A stretch of 63,983 nucleotides of DNA, the filler included, from Octopus bimaculoides (lineage: Eukaryota): the NCBI RefSeq assembly GCF_001194135.2. It is 9 parts of 6 records of this genome, joined end to end, with 100 filler letters (N's around TTAATTAATTAA, not from the genome) between each part and the next. Parts side by side here need not be neighbours in the genome. Positions count along the whole stretch, not along the records: positions 9,266 to 23,995 come from NC_068989.1; positions 24,096 to 27,912 come from NC_068987.1; 7 more parts are not named here. One strand, given 5' to 3'. Under the pieces are notes generated by a model. That model ran no database searches. It was not told where the DNA came from and saw only the letters and a program-made list of their open reading frames with translations. Of the stretch, positions 11,316-24,557 are shown one piece after another. The position numbers and the translations under genes were made by a program. Within the stretch, counting starts at the first letter, position 1. Each line of letters starts with the position of its first letter.

Positions 11316-11693
11316 CTTCCTTTGGCTTCTAAGTTAAAGAACCAGTTAAGACCCGATGAGTCAACTTGTGTACATAATCTTCTCTATGTAGTGTGTTTAC
11401 AGTGTCATTCTGTATGGAGTGTGTGTTTAGAGTAAGTTGAGTATATATGGAGAGAATGTGGGGGTAGCGGTGAGAGGTGATCATATCATCAATATTTACA
11501 CGTGGATTCACTTAATGTAAACTGGCTAGTCAACATGGCGGATCAATTGATCGACTGACGCGGTAGCATCGTTCATTCATTTTGCTAGCACGTGATTATT
11601 GCTGTTCTGCTTCTGTTCATATTTTGATTTGGTCTGCTGGCCTGACACACATACACGCACGCACGCACGCATGCATACACATACACACACACA

Positions 11694-11746
<53 letters not shown>

Positions 11747-12357
11747 NNNNNNNNNNACGATGTAACAATCACAAACATTCAGAAATAGTTCCCTTGTGCA
11801 GATAAATAAATCCATATGCATATTTACATACATACATACATATATATACATACACAGATATATACATACACACATGCGCACTCGCGTGCACAAACTATTC
11901 CATTAATACAAATAACATTCCATACAAACCGTAAATCCGGGGAAAATACCGATTATGAGGCTGGTACGCTTATCCCGGAGGATAAAAGTAAGCATAAGAA
12001 TAACATACAGTCCCGCCAACCGTATTCCTATGTTTGTTTATCATATGTGTGTGTATGCGTATGTGTGCGTTTATGTTTCTGTACGTGTTTGTTTCTGTAG
12101 TGTGTGTGTGTGTGTTAGTGTCATTGTACTTGTCTATCATGTCCATTCATTTATATCTCAGCAGTTTATGTTGCTGCCACCGCCAAACTGAACAATATTA
12201 TCGGAAAATATCGAAGTTGTGGCGATATTTAATCGGTAATTGATGAGGACATAAGCATGTAAACTTCCATTGAGTGTTTTCCCCTATTATTTGGTATGTT
12301 CCTCTGTCATCTTCTTGTTCCAGTTTCATACATATATGATTGACTGCGATGGTGGTA

Positions 12358-12515
12358 AGCCAATGGTGGCAAGCCAAAGCTGTCCAACTCCAATCCTTTG
12401 CTGACAGCTGTGACATGAGGAACTTTTTTGCAGAAACCAAGGAAATCTACGGTCCCCAAAGATCATCAACATCCCAGCTGAAAACAGCAGACAACTCAAC
12501 TGTCATCACCGAGTG
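12358..12515 (+). pseudogene. RTE (BovB-like) LINE fragment, endonuclease-RT linker
   Basis: QWWQAKAVQLQSFADSCDMRNFFAETKEIYGPQ fits the RTE pattern WW..KA.E.Q..AD..D...F....K.IYGP. Confidence 0.7.
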
Positions 12516-13760
12516 GATGGTCTGCCTGATCGCTCTTTATCAATAAGGCTACAATCTCCAGCTCGGAACCTTGCGAACCACTTCCGTACAGTTCTTTCGG
12601 ATAAAGAAACATCACTCTAAACTGCGCATATTTCTTTGGTTGCTTGTGAGGCATTTTCCCCTTTACGAAAAAAGAAAAGCGGGTATATATATATATATAT
12701 ATATATAGTGGGTATATATAGGTATTGGGTAGCGATTTTCTTCACTACTTCAGGGAGTGACGACCCTGCCTGACACGAGTCCCGGGCTCAGCTGGCTCCA
12801 GCTGACAGTACTCGGTATGGGCTTCTATCCAGGATTACAGAAAGGCGACAACCTTCAAAGAAATCCGGAGTGGAGCCCCGTAGGCGGTTTACTGATAGGT
12901 CCCAGAAAGTGTGTCAATAGCCAACTGGAGGAGGTGTCCTCCTGGGGTTACAAGCTACAGTAGCATCCACCCTTAGTGGTTAGCCACACTTAAGTGGCAA
13001 ATATACTTCATGTTTTTAAAAAATTATAGAGGTCTAAAGTTTGATCATTTTCACCCAGTTAAGAAACAGGATTTGGAAGTTGTCCTTTTGTGCGTGACTG
13101 CACATTTTGTCGTCAACATCCTGAAAATAGCACGTTGCTGTCAATATTTGTAAACAACACGTGTTATGTCTCCGGTAATTTTCTTTCATGTAAATAAATG
13201 TTTATGTTAATTTAAAAATTTGCCAGCAAAATCTAATAAAATAACAATGTTCCAAAAGATATACATGCGTGTATGTAATAAATAAAAATAAAAGTGAACA
13301 AAACATGCTTAAAAACCCCCCAAATATTTAACTCTCTGTTTTAATTTTTTAAATATCCTCCTCTGTTACTGGAGCTTGCTGCTATATTCACACAGTGTCA
13401 ACTTTGTCAACACGTGCTTCCTCGCAGATAAAAGACTTTTCAAAGACTTCTCGAATTCGCTTGTTACTATGGCAACAGACATGTTGCAAGACAAAAGAGT
13501 TCTCATGTTCCGCTTCTTACTATCGAAACAGCCATGAATGTGTCTGTGGCTTACGATTGGCTAAAATTACCAAAATTATTTAACTTTAATTGCTAATAGC
13601 TCTTTATTGATTTATAGCGAAAATCACTTTCAAGTCATTAATTAGCCTATAAAAGTGTATCATTACACTGAATATGAAATCAATTCGAATAGGATTGATA
13701 TTGGCAGCCAAACAGATAGGATCCGTACTCAAGGTTGTACTCGGAGTTGAACTCAGTGTT

Positions 13761-14185
13761 GATAATCTTTTCTATTTTAGGTACAAAAGGCCCGAAAGTT
13801 TGGTGGGGAGGGAACTAGTCGATTAGGTCCACCCCAGTTCGCAACTGGTACTAAATTTATCGACCCTGAAGGGAAGAAAGGCAGAGTCGACTTCGGCGGA
13901 ATTTGAACTCAGAACGTAAAGACAGGCGAAATACTGCTAAGCATTTCGCCCGGCGTGCTAACGTTTCTTATTTCTTTATTGCCCACAAAGGGCTAAACAT
14001 AGAGAGGACAAAGTCGATTAGATCGACCCCAGTGCGTAACTGGTACTTTAATTTATCGACCCTCGAAAGGATGAAAGGCAAAGTCGACCTCGGCGGAATT
14101 TGAACTCAGAACGTAACGGCAGACGAAATACCGCTAAGCATTTCGCCCGGCGTGCTAACGTTTCTGCCAGCTCACCGCTGCCTTA
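13761..14185 (-). mobile_element. SINE family A, head-to-tail dimer, well preserved
   Basis: Two tandem copies of AAAGGCAAAGTCGACCTCGGCGGAATTTGAACTCAGAACGTA...CATTTCGCCCGGCGTGCTAACGTTTC. Confidence 0.88.
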
Positions 14186-14283
14186 CTCAGAGTTAATAAT
14201 ATGTATCAGGAATGAACATTGAAACAAATATAGTAAGCTCAGAGCGAAGTTACTAGATATACAAACTGTATTAAATAGTAGTT

Positions 14284-14348
<65 letters not shown>

Positions 14349-14742
14349 TTATGTGGTGCTTTCACCGCCCACACCCGCTATTGTCCACCTTACTGTGTTA
14401 CCTGATACTGGACAATAGCGACCTTTATAATTAAGTGAACATCACCAGCAACGACACTAGCAAACATTAGCAGCGACAATAGCAGGAGCAGCAACAACAC
14501 AACAGCAACGACAATAACAATTATAACAATACCAACAGCGACAACAACAACAACAACAATAGCAACAACAACTGTTTTTATAGCAACGTAGAGTTCGGGT
14601 TGATGATGAGTTTGGTATGTGAAGGGAAAGGAGGGTGTAATGGAAAAGAAAGGAAGAAAAAAAGACGGTGGCAGAGAGGGAAGGGATACGAGGTGGGGGT
14701 CTGATGAAAATAAAGGGAGAGGAGAAGGGAGGAAGAGAAAGA

Positions 14743-14774
<32 letters not shown>

Positions 14775-15697
14775 TTTGAGTCGTGTGAAGTGTGTTGTTT
14801 ATATAAGACAACANNNNNNNNNNNNNNNNNNNNNNNNNNNNNNNNNNNNNNNNNNNNNNNNNNNNNNNNNNNNNNNNNNNNNNNNNNNNNNNNNNNNNNN
14901 NNNNNNNNNNNNNNNNNNNNNNNNNNNNNNNNNNNNNNNNNNNNNNNNNNNNNNNNNNNNNNNNNNNNNNNNNNNNNNNNNNNNNNNNNNNNNNNNNNNN
15001 NNNNNNNNNNNNNNNNNNNNNNNNNNNNNNNNNNNNNNNNNNNNNNNNNNNNNNNNNNNNNNNNNNNNNNNNNNNNNNNNNNNNNNNNNNNNNNNNNNNN
15101 NNNNNNNNNNNNNNNNNNNNNNNNNNNNNNNNNNNNNNNNNNNNNNNNNNNNNNNNNNNNNNNNNNNNNNNNNNNNNNNNNNNNNNNNNNNNNNNNNNNN
15201 NNNNNNNNNNNNNNNNNNNNNNNNNNNNNNNNNNNNNNNNNNNNNNNNNNNNNNNNNNNNNNNNNNNNNNNNNNNNNNNNNNNNNNNNNNNNNNNNNNNN
15301 NNNNNNNNNNNNNNNNNNNNNNNNNNNNNNNNNNNNNNNNNNNNNNNNNNNNNNNNNNNNNNNNNNNNNNNNNNNNNNNNNNNNNNNNNNNNNNNNNNNN
15401 NNNNNNNNNNNNNNNNNNNNNNNNNNNNNNNNNNNNNNNNNNNNNNNNNNNNNNNNNNNNNNNNNNNNNNNNNNNNNNNNNNNNNNNNNNNNNNNNNNNN
15501 NNNNNNNNNNNNNNNNNNNNNNNNNNNNNNNNNNNNNNNNNNNNNNNNNNNNNNNNNNNNNNNNNNNNNNNNNNNNNNNNNNNNNNNNNNNNNNNNNNNN
15601 NNNNNNNNNNNNNNNNNNNNNNNNNNNNNNNNNNNNNNNNNNNNNNNNNNNNNNNNNNNNNNNNNNNNNNNNNNNNNNNNNNNNNNNNNNNNNNNNG

Positions 15698-15842
15698 TCT
15701 TCTACTATAGCCTCGGGCCGACCAAAGCCTTGCGAGTGGATTTGGTAGACGGAAACTGAAAGAAGCCCGTCGTATATATGTATATGTATATATGCCTGTG
15801 TTTCCGTGTCTGTGTTTGTCCCCCCAACATCGCTTGACAACC
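15698..15842 (+). mobile_element. SINE family B internal fragment, cut by a gap
   Basis: GTCTTCTACTATAGCCTCGGGCCGACCAAAGCC...CAACATCGCTTGACAACC. Confidence 0.85.
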
Positions 15843-16077
15843 TTCAAACAACCCTTATTCAGGGACCTTTTGAGCGAGATGGGCTACTCGACCTGAAGAA
15901 AATTCTAACTGGGTCCCCACCTGCAAGGTCATGTGCTGTTTGTCTTGGTATGAGGGCACCATGTCGCGCACAAATGGTTGTGATGCATGTGCCTGGTGTA
16001 CCCTTATCAGACGGGTGTACTGGGCTTCGTATATTTTACCCCAGTGTCACTTTGACACTCTCTCACTCAATAGTAAA

Positions 16078-16176
16078 GAAGAAGAAGAAGAAGAAGAAGA
16101 AGAAGAAGAAGAAGAAGAAGAAGAAGAAGAAGAAGAAGAAGAAGAAGAAGAAGAAGAAGAAGAAGAAGAAGAAGAA
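16078..16176 (+). repeat. (GAA)n microsatellite
   Basis: Directly visible. Confidence 0.95.
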
Positions 16177-16177
16177 G

Positions 16178-17270
16178 AGCATTCGCTACTTCCGTCCGGC
16201 CTTTCAGCGACAGCTTCCTTTCTGCCCATTTCTAGGTGAGCTTGGCCACCCTAGTTATGCCCTCTTCCCAGTTCCTATCGACTTGGAGATCTGGTCCGAT
16301 CCAGAATCCGAACACTTTCACCGGACCCTCCGTTCAACGACAGAAATCGCTGCTAGTCGACTGGCCTCTCCAAAAGCCTAATTGCAGACCTACTGACTTG
16401 TCCTGGCTATTGTGTACTCCTATGCATTCCTGATATTCTTTCAGTATAGTGTCGATCTTTTCTATGTCCGAAGAGTCTGACACCATGACAGTGACGTCGT
16501 CCGCGAATGCAGACACAGCTCTCATATTCTCCATCCTTCGCAACAAGGGTTCTAAGGCTAAAATATATAAAAGCAGGGAGAGAGGGCATCCTTGGCGTAC
16601 TGAGCCTTCAAGACTGAATGGTTCCGAGAGGTGACCATTCAATTTGACAACCGAGCAGATGCCATAATATGTATTGTGATGATCCAGCCCCTAAAGACGA
16701 GACCGAAACCGAAAGCTTTTAGGACAGATACCAGATAACGATGTTCCACCCTGTCAAAAACTTTGGACTGGTCCAGACTGACCAGTACCCCTCCAAAGAC
16801 CGACCTATTCCTGACTCGTTCTACGATGTATCGCATGAGGTGGAGATTGTCGTGGATAGATCTACCAGGTTTGTACATTTCTGACTATACTACCGACAAC
16901 AAATGACAGCCTCTTGGCGAGCACCTTAGCTAAAATATTTAACTCCGTGTTGAGTAAAGTTATGGGCCTAAAGTTTTCAATCACATCCTCCTTATTTGTA
17001 TCCTTTCTCAGCAGCATCACCATTCCCCGGCTCACACGACTGGGAATGCTTTCCGTCTGTTGCCAGAAGCAGTAGACAGCTGCTAAAACCGGCTCAAACA
17101 AGTCCGACAGGTGAGGCATATAGTTCATAGAGCAGACCATCCAATCCCGGTGATTTGCACCTCACCCAGTACATCTTCCACTTCCTCCACTGAAATCGGC
17201 TTCTCGCAGTACTTGATATCCTTGTCCGATAGTCGCGGCACACGCATTGGTTCAATATCATTTCGTTATT
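16178..17270 (-). pseudogene. Tx1/L1-group non-LTR retrotransposon reverse transcriptase remnant, frameshifted
   Basis: Colinear RT motifs across frames: KSPGLDGL, NFRPITLLNTE, GRSIHDN, SLDQSKVFDRV, VRQGCPLS, AFADDVTV, then W.ERKLSLKGR.EVAN. Confidence 0.88.
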
Positions 17271-17609
17271 GCTAGTCAAGTGGTTAAATATCGAACCAGC
17301 TAACTTATCGATCGTTTGTTTCAAAGCAGCCTTTGAAGATGGACGACCATATCATTGATGAAGTCGCGATTAACGATGAAAGAACTTTGACAAACAAACA
17401 ACCAATTGATTGTTTAACCAATACATTAAACAAACGATCGATTAGTGAGTTGTTTGGACGTTTAACCAATTGAGTAACAATAAGGAAGTGGTACTAAATC
17501 AGTGCGTCTGTTGTTATTGACATAACGACCCTCCCAAGACACAAGATTTGTTTCAAGACACGAATTCACATCAAGAATCTTGCAAACCAAATGCAAAAGC
17601 AAAGTGTAT

Positions 17610-17800
17610 GTTTTATCTTTCGTCTTATGTTCCAGTCATTTGACTACGGCCCTGCTGGGGCTCAGCCTTGAAGGGTCTTCAGTCGAACAAATCCACGCCA
17701 ATAATTATTTTTAAATCTTGTAACTTATTCTATCGAACCGCTAAGCTAGAGAAACATAGACAAACCAACACCGGTTGTCAAAAGGTTGTTGGTTGGGGAT
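17610..17800 (-). mobile_element. SINE family B 3' half
   Basis: CAGTCATTTGACTACGGCC...CGAACCGCTAAG...CACCGGTTGTCAA. Confidence 0.7.
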
Positions 17801-17839
17801 GGACACACACTCACACACACACATACACACATACAAGCA

Positions 17840-17880
<41 letters not shown>

Positions 17881-18042
17881 GTAGAAGGTCGGAGAGAGAC
17901 TTGGAGATATAAGATGTTTATATAATTCCACATAACTTCAACAAAAAAATGGGAAAAATACAAAAAAAGGAGGCTGTTATTTTTTTTTCTTTGTCTTTGT
18001 TGATGTGTCTTTTCTGGAACAAAGAAAAAGGCATAAAGAGAT

Positions 18043-18088
<46 letters not shown>

Positions 18089-18184
18089 AGAGCAATGGAT
18101 AACGAGGAAGAAGGAGTAAGAGGGTGGGAGAGGGTAAAAAGTCAAATGGATAAACAGAGGAGAGAAGCGTAATAAGAGAGAGTA

Positions 18185-18254
<70 letters not shown>

Positions 18255-18577
18255 AGAAAGAAATAGAAGGAGGGGGTTTAAAAAGACAATGGTTGAAAGG
18301 AAATGAATAGGGAGACAACAGGATAAGGACGAAGAGAAGTGAAGAGCGGAGAGGAGGGGGAATAAAGACAAAAGGATTAAGAAACGGGAGAGTCTTGGAA
18401 ATGGGGCTCATTGTTTATATAGTAAGTTATAGTCTTCTCTCTCTCTCTCTCTAATGCATACATATATATATGCTTCTATGTATCTGTCTCTCTCTCTCTG
18501 TTTTTCTCTCACTATCTATCGTTGTTTAACATTGTCAAGTGACGTGTACAATAGTTAGATAGATAGATAGATAGATC

Positions 18578-18608
<31 letters not shown>

Positions 18609-18690
18609 CATAGACAGGCTGATAGCGAGTTGGTTCGTCCTTTTTCATACAAGACTGCATCACCTGAGATAAATACTCCCACTTTCTCTT

Positions 18691-18734
<44 letters not shown>

Positions 18735-19361
18735 TGTCTGGCCCTATACAAGAAGTAACTTGAAGTCCATTATAAAATCATCAACGCAGACTGTCCGACG
18801 GAGAGATAAGCGGTTTTGAACTTTTGGCGCCAACTTCTCGCTTAAAGGAAAATTTCTGTTCTATTTGTTTTTATCAGGCAGAGAAGGAGTTGGGGAGGTG
18901 GTACCCCGATATACTATTCCCACTCTCTATTTCTTTTATTCTCTCCCTCTTTATCGCTATCATACACATACAAACATTTGAACGCACTCTGACATACACA
19001 CAAGCAGACATATTTGAAAAGATACATATACATAGATAGATAGATAGACTTCCTCTATCATTCACTCACTCTCTCTCTCTCTTTCTTTCTGTCTGTCTCT
19101 CTCTTTCTCTCACACACACAAACGTACATGTTAATGCATACATATAAATAGATACATACACATACAGACATCCACACACATGCAAGTTTGCAGATATTTC
19201 GTAGAGTAAGCACAAACATATTAACGGATCCAGGAAAAAGAAAAATTCACATGGAAAAACACAGCAGAAAACTTCGACTAAAAACTAATTTAACATATTC
19301 TTATTGTTTCCTTCATTGTTTGGTGCATTTCACACATTATACTATATTTCACATCTTAGAC

Positions 19362-19410
19362 CAGTCGTTCTCAACCGGGGTTCATATGACACTTGGCCTC
19401 CATGAGTGTA
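19362..19410 (+). mobile_element. Possible hAT/Charlie-type terminal remnant
   Basis: CAGTCGTTCTCAACCGGGG resembles the CAGTGGTTCTCAAC terminal repeat; no partner TIR found. Confidence 0.35.
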
Positions 19411-19548
19411 GGACAAAATGCCCCTAGGACAACCCCTTCCCCTTGGACAAAATGGCGATTTTTCTTTTGTTAGAATCCTAATCTCCGTTGCGAAAACGCC
19501 GGAATCTGCAAAGAAGGAAAAAAAAAAGGTGCTGGAGTGGATTGCTTA

Positions 19549-19629
19549 TTGTTGTTGTTGGCACTCCGTCGCTTACGACGTTGAGGGTTCCAGTTGATCC
19601 GATCAACGGAACAGCCTGCTTGTGAAATT
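19549..19629 (-). mobile_element. SINE family D 3' end with (CAA)n tail, cut by a gap
   Basis: Nearly identical to 43795-43870. Confidence 0.8.
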
Positions 19630-20844
19630 NNNNNNNNNNNNNNNNNNNNNNNNNNNNNNNNNNNNNNNNNNNNNNNNNNNNNNNNNNNNNNNNNNNNNNN
19701 NNNNNNNNNNNNNNNNNNNNNNNNNNNNNNNNNNNNNNNNNNNNNNNNNNNNNNNNNNNNNNNNNNNNNNNNNNNNNNNNNNNNNNNNNNNNNNNNNNNN
19801 NNNNNNNNNNNNNNNNNNNNNNNNNNNNNNNNNNNNNNNNNNNNNNNNNNNNNNNNNNNNNNNNNNNNNNNNNNNNNNNNNNNNNNNNNNNNNNNNNNNN
19901 NNNNNNNNNNNNNNNNNNNNNNNNNNNNNNNNNNNNNNNNNNNNNNNNNNNNNNNNNNNNNNNNNNNNNNNNNNNNNNNNNNNNNNNNNNNNNNNNNNNN
20001 NNNNNNNNNNNNNNNNNNNNNNNNNNNNNNNNNNNNNNNNNNNNNNNNNNNNNNNNNNNNNNNNNNNNNNNNNNNNNNNNNNNNNNNNNNNNNNNNNNNN
20101 NNNNNNNNNNNNNNNNNNNNNNNNNNNNNNNNNNNNNNNNNNNNNNNNNNNNNNNNNNNNNNNNNNNNNNNNNNNNNNNNNNNNNNNNNNNNNNNNNNNN
20201 NNNNNNNNNNNNNNNNNNNNNNNNNNNNNNNNNNNNNNNNNNNNNNNNNNNNNNNNNNNNNNNNNNNNNNNNNNNNNNNNNNNNNNNNNNNNNNNNNNNN
20301 NNNNNNNNNNNNNNNNNNNNNNNNNNNNNNNNNNNNNNNNNNNNNNNNNNNNNNNNNNNNNNNNNNNNNNNNNNNNNNNNNNNNNNNNNNNNNNNNNNNN
20401 NNNNNNNNNNNNNNNNNNNNNNNNNNNNNNNNNNNNNNNNNNNNNNNNNNNNNNNNNNNNNNNNNNNNNNNNNNNNNNNNNNNNNNNNNNNNNNNNNNNN
20501 NNNNNNNNNNNNNNNNNNNNNNNNNNNNNNNNNNNNNNNNNNNNNNNNNNNNNNNNNNNNNNNNNNNNNNNNNNNNNNNNNNNNNNNNNNNNNATATATA
20601 TATATATACGACGGGCTTCTTTCAGTTTTGGGAGACGCATGTAACAATCTTTTTGCGTGCGTTCATCTTGTAGAAGTATGTTCTTAGTTCACGTTGAATT
20701 TGATCAATTCTGGATTGTCTTGATAACGTTGTGTTAGCATACATAATATGATACATTATTTTGATATTTTATACCTTTTTCTGCATCTAAAAATGCTGTC
20801 TCATCCACCGTCGGTAATGTATGGTGTAAAGACCTCCTTCTGTC

Positions 20845-21155
20845 ATGAATGAGCATGGGATTGAACCTAGAAAGTTACCCTTCCGAGACACAAGTCAGGG
20901 AAAAAATTTGTTTATGGAAGACCAGCAGTCGCCCATGCATACCAACCTGCCCTCTCCTTGTCACCGATGTTATCCAAGGGAAAAGCAAAGCGGCCGATAC
21001 AGCTTGGCACTAGTGACATCACAACTCATTTCTACAGCTGAGTAAACTGGATCAACGTGAGATAAAGCGACTTGCTCAAGAACACAACATAGCCCAGACT
21101 CGGAATCAAACTCACTACCTCGTGATTGTGAGCCAGACGTTCTAACCCTTGAGCA
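20845..21155 (-). mobile_element. SINE family C-type copy
   Basis: CTACAGCTGAGTAAACTGGATCAACGTGAGATAAAGCGACTTGCTCAAGAACACAAC followed by a reversed tRNA-like head. Confidence 0.7.
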
Positions 21156-23299
21156 AAACACCTTCAGATGTATGCTGTAACCATCAAAGATGTAATTTAT
21201 TCCATTGTTATTCTTATTGTTTAATACTCCGAATTTGTTGAAATTCATGTAAGCGATATTTGGATTTATTTCTCACACACAAAGAATTACTTTGGATGTT
21301 TATTCTACTTGAATTTATTGGTGTTTGATTTTTGGATAGAGTTAACCAAATTCTTTTAACATGGAATGTTTTATGAATATCTGCCTTGATTTATTAATCT
21401 CTTTTACTACATTATATCCATCGTCCATCTTTCTTTTCCTCGCGTGATCATCTTTATTCCTTCAGGACTGTCCTAAGTACTGGACGTATTCTATCTCTCT
21501 CTTCTATCTTTTCTCTTTTCAACGAAAATATTTCTCCAGCGTTCGCTATTTTACCCTCATTCTGCTCTAACGACCCTCCATGTCTGGTTTCGTTTGGTTT
21601 CCTTCTATGTCTTCTCTGTCCTGTTTTTATTCCCAATTTTGACCCTCCATAAATTCTAAGTCTTATTTTGGTATTTATGGGAGCAATTGTCTTCGAAGAC
21701 TCATATTGTCGTTCAATGCTCGAAATAAGGAGTAGATAGACAGCCGACAATTGATGAAGGGTCGTTCTTTGTGTTACTTGCCCTGTTTTCCATTTGTTTC
21801 TCTCGTTGTTTGTGTATTGAACTCATTTGTTTTCGTACTTCATGTTGTTTACTGTTGGTGACGTCCTGTACCCATATATGCATATATAGGAGAATTTACG
21901 AAAAAAACAACAGACGAAGACAGGTGGTGTAAACAACAAATGGATGTATTAGAATAACGCTCGGGAATAGAGAAAGTCTTTGACGNNNNNNNNNNNNNNN
22001 NNNNNNNNNNNNNNNNNNNNNNNNNNNNNNNNNNNNNNNNNNNNNNNNNNNNNNNNNNNNNNNNNNNNNNNNNNNNNNNNNNNNNNNNNNNNNNNNNNNN
22101 NNNNNNNNNNNNNNNNNNNNNNNNNNNNNNNNNNNNNNNNNNNNNNNNNNNNNNNNNNNNNNNNNNNNNNNNNNNNNNNNNNNNNNNNNNNNNNNNNNNN
22201 NNNNNNNNNNNNNNNNNNNNNNNNNNNNNNNNNNNNNNNNNNNNNNNNNNNNNNNNNNNNNNNNNNNNNNNNNNNNNNNNNNNNNNNNNNNNNNNNNNNN
22301 NNNNNNNNNNNNNNNNNNNNNNNNNNNNNNNNNNNNNNNNNNNNNNNNNNNNNNNNNNNNNNNNNNNNNNNNNNNNNNNNNNNNNNNNNNNNNNNNNNNN
22401 NNNNNNNNNNNNNNNNNNNNNNNNNNNNNNNNNNNNNNNNNNNNNNNNNNNNNNNNNNNNNNNNNNNNNNNNNNNNNNNNNNNNNNNNNNNNNNNNNNNN
22501 NNNNNNNNNNNNNNNNNNNNNNNNNNNNNNNNNNNNNNNNNNNNNNNNNNNNNNNNNNNNNNNNNNNNNNNNNNNNNNNNNNNNNNNNNNNNNNNNNNNN
22601 NNNNNNNNNNNNNNNNNNNNNNNNNNNNNNNNNNNNNNNNNNNNNNNNNNNNNNNNNNNNNNNNNNNNNNNNNNNNNNNNNNNNNNNNNNNNNNNNNNNN
22701 NNNNNNNNNNNNNNNNNNNNNNNNNNNNNNNNNNNNNNNNNNNNNNTGTGTGTGTGTGTGTGTGTGTGTGTAGGTGTGCATGTATGTGTATCGACACAGA
22801 TGTATGACACTTCCTCCGCTACCCAATGCCCGGAACGTCTGCTAAACCAGATAGAGATCATGTGTAATATTCTGCTTAATGTACACCGTGTAATATGTCT
22901 GTTCATGGCGGAGCCAGTGATATGTGACTCTCATGTACAGTTACTGGAGTGTGACTCGACATGGAGCCACTAATATGTATGATACTATGGGGAATCACTG
23001 ATCTATAGGACTCTTTTTAAACCAATTAGTTTTTTTCTTCTTTCTTTTTAAAGTCATACTTCCATCCCCAGCTGGTTGCGTTGTATGAATATTAAATGCC
23101 CTCCAGGACTTGAGTGGTATCATATTTTGTTGGTTCCGTAAGAAATTAAAGGCAGAGTTGTCTTCAGCTGGATTTGAACTTGCAACGTAAGGAGTCACAA
23201 TAAAAAGAAACAGGCCTACTTCAAGTTATGTAGTTTCGAGGTAGGGACTTTTCGACTTTACGTCTTTCATTTTTTTTTTTTTTTTGTATAGAGAATATG

Positions 23300-23400
23300 A
23301 TTTCTGGTTCAGTCACACTGCATGGGAGCTTTGGGCAAAGTGCCGACTAGAGCCTTGTGAGTAGAGTTGGTAGTCGGAAACTGACAGAAGCCCGTTGTAT
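23300..23400 (+). mobile_element. SINE family B head fragment
   Basis: GGTTCAGTCACACTGC...TTGGGCAA...GCCTTGTGAGT...GGAAACTGACAGAAGCCC. Confidence 0.65.
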
Positions 23401-23475
23401 GTATGTGTGATTATATACACACATATATACATACATGCGTACGTATGTATGTATGTATGTATGTATGTATGTATA

Positions 23476-23607
23476 TTCAAAAGTTTTTGATTCGGATTCC
23501 GTGTTATTTAAAGTTTCAAAGCACGAATTTCCACTGGCCTAAGGAAAGGTCCCGTTAGGGGCTTTGAGACTTTAAATAGCACGGAATCCTAATCAAACTG
23601 TTTTGAA
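23476..23607. repeat. Small inverted-repeat element (~47 bp arms), probable MITE
   Basis: TTCAAAAG..TTTGATTCGGATTCCGTGTTATTTAAAGTTTCAAAGC pairs with GCTTTGAGACTTTAAATAGCACGGAATCCTAATCAAACTGTTTTGAA. Confidence 0.7.
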
Positions 23608-24513
23608 CAATACATGTAACTGTTAATAAATATATTGAGTGCCCCTTCGTTCGGGAAGGACTGTTCTAACGAAGTCACGTATTGTCCTTGCCTTCGAAAT
23701 GCGGAGTAGATGGAACAGGGACAACTGAAGAAGGGAAACATTCTTTATGTTGCATGTCTCCTTTCTCTGTTTGTTTTCTTTCGTTGTTCGAAAAAAAATT
23801 CGTTTTCTGTCTTCGTCTTTATGTTTTCGTTTCTTATTGTGTTTAACGCTTTTTGTGATGTCTTGTATCCATATATGCATGTATGTATACATATAGATCT
23901 AGGTATGTACATATATGTATGGATATATGCATATATTTATGTTATTTATGTTATATATATATATATATATGTATATCCAAAGATGGGGGTTTAGTNNNNN
24001 NNNNNNNNNNNNNNNNNNNNNNNNNNNNNNNNNNNNNNNTTAATTAATTAANNNNNNNNNNNNNNNNNNNNNNNNNNNNNNNNNNNNNNNNNNNNTATAT
24101 ATATGATGGTAGACTGACGACATCTGTCTAACTTTTTACTCCTTCAATGTGTGGTGGTGGTGCTGCTGGTGCTGGTGCTGGTGCTGGTGCTGGTGCTGGT
24201 GGTATTGGTGGTGATGAATTCACACAGCTGTCCCATGCAAACTGTTGCAAACTGTTGCACATATTGATTTCACATATTTTTGTATTCTTTTATCTGCTAG
24301 CCTAATAGCTAACCCTGTGACCCTACCACCCTGCTTGATCACTAAATCCACAAGTATTTTTATTCTCTATTTATTTTCTCTTATTCCTTTCTGCTGAAGA
24401 GCATAGGCTCAAAACATAAAAAACATTCTCACTTTCCCGAGCATCAAACTAGTACACCTGCTTATTGTTCATAAACTTATCTTCATCTTATGTTTTTCTG
24501 TAAATTCCTACTA

Positions 24514-24557
<44 letters not shown>

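Noticed and set aside
14390-15847. Long ORFs spanning N runs (also 19478-20673, 21849-22906, 24483-25875, 52901-54004, 59197-60588)
   Set aside because: They are open only because N codons are not stops.
16078-16178. (TTC)n as the target site of a sequence-specific Tx1 element
   Set aside because: The junction is in mid-ORF, not at the element 3' end, so targeting cannot be inferred.
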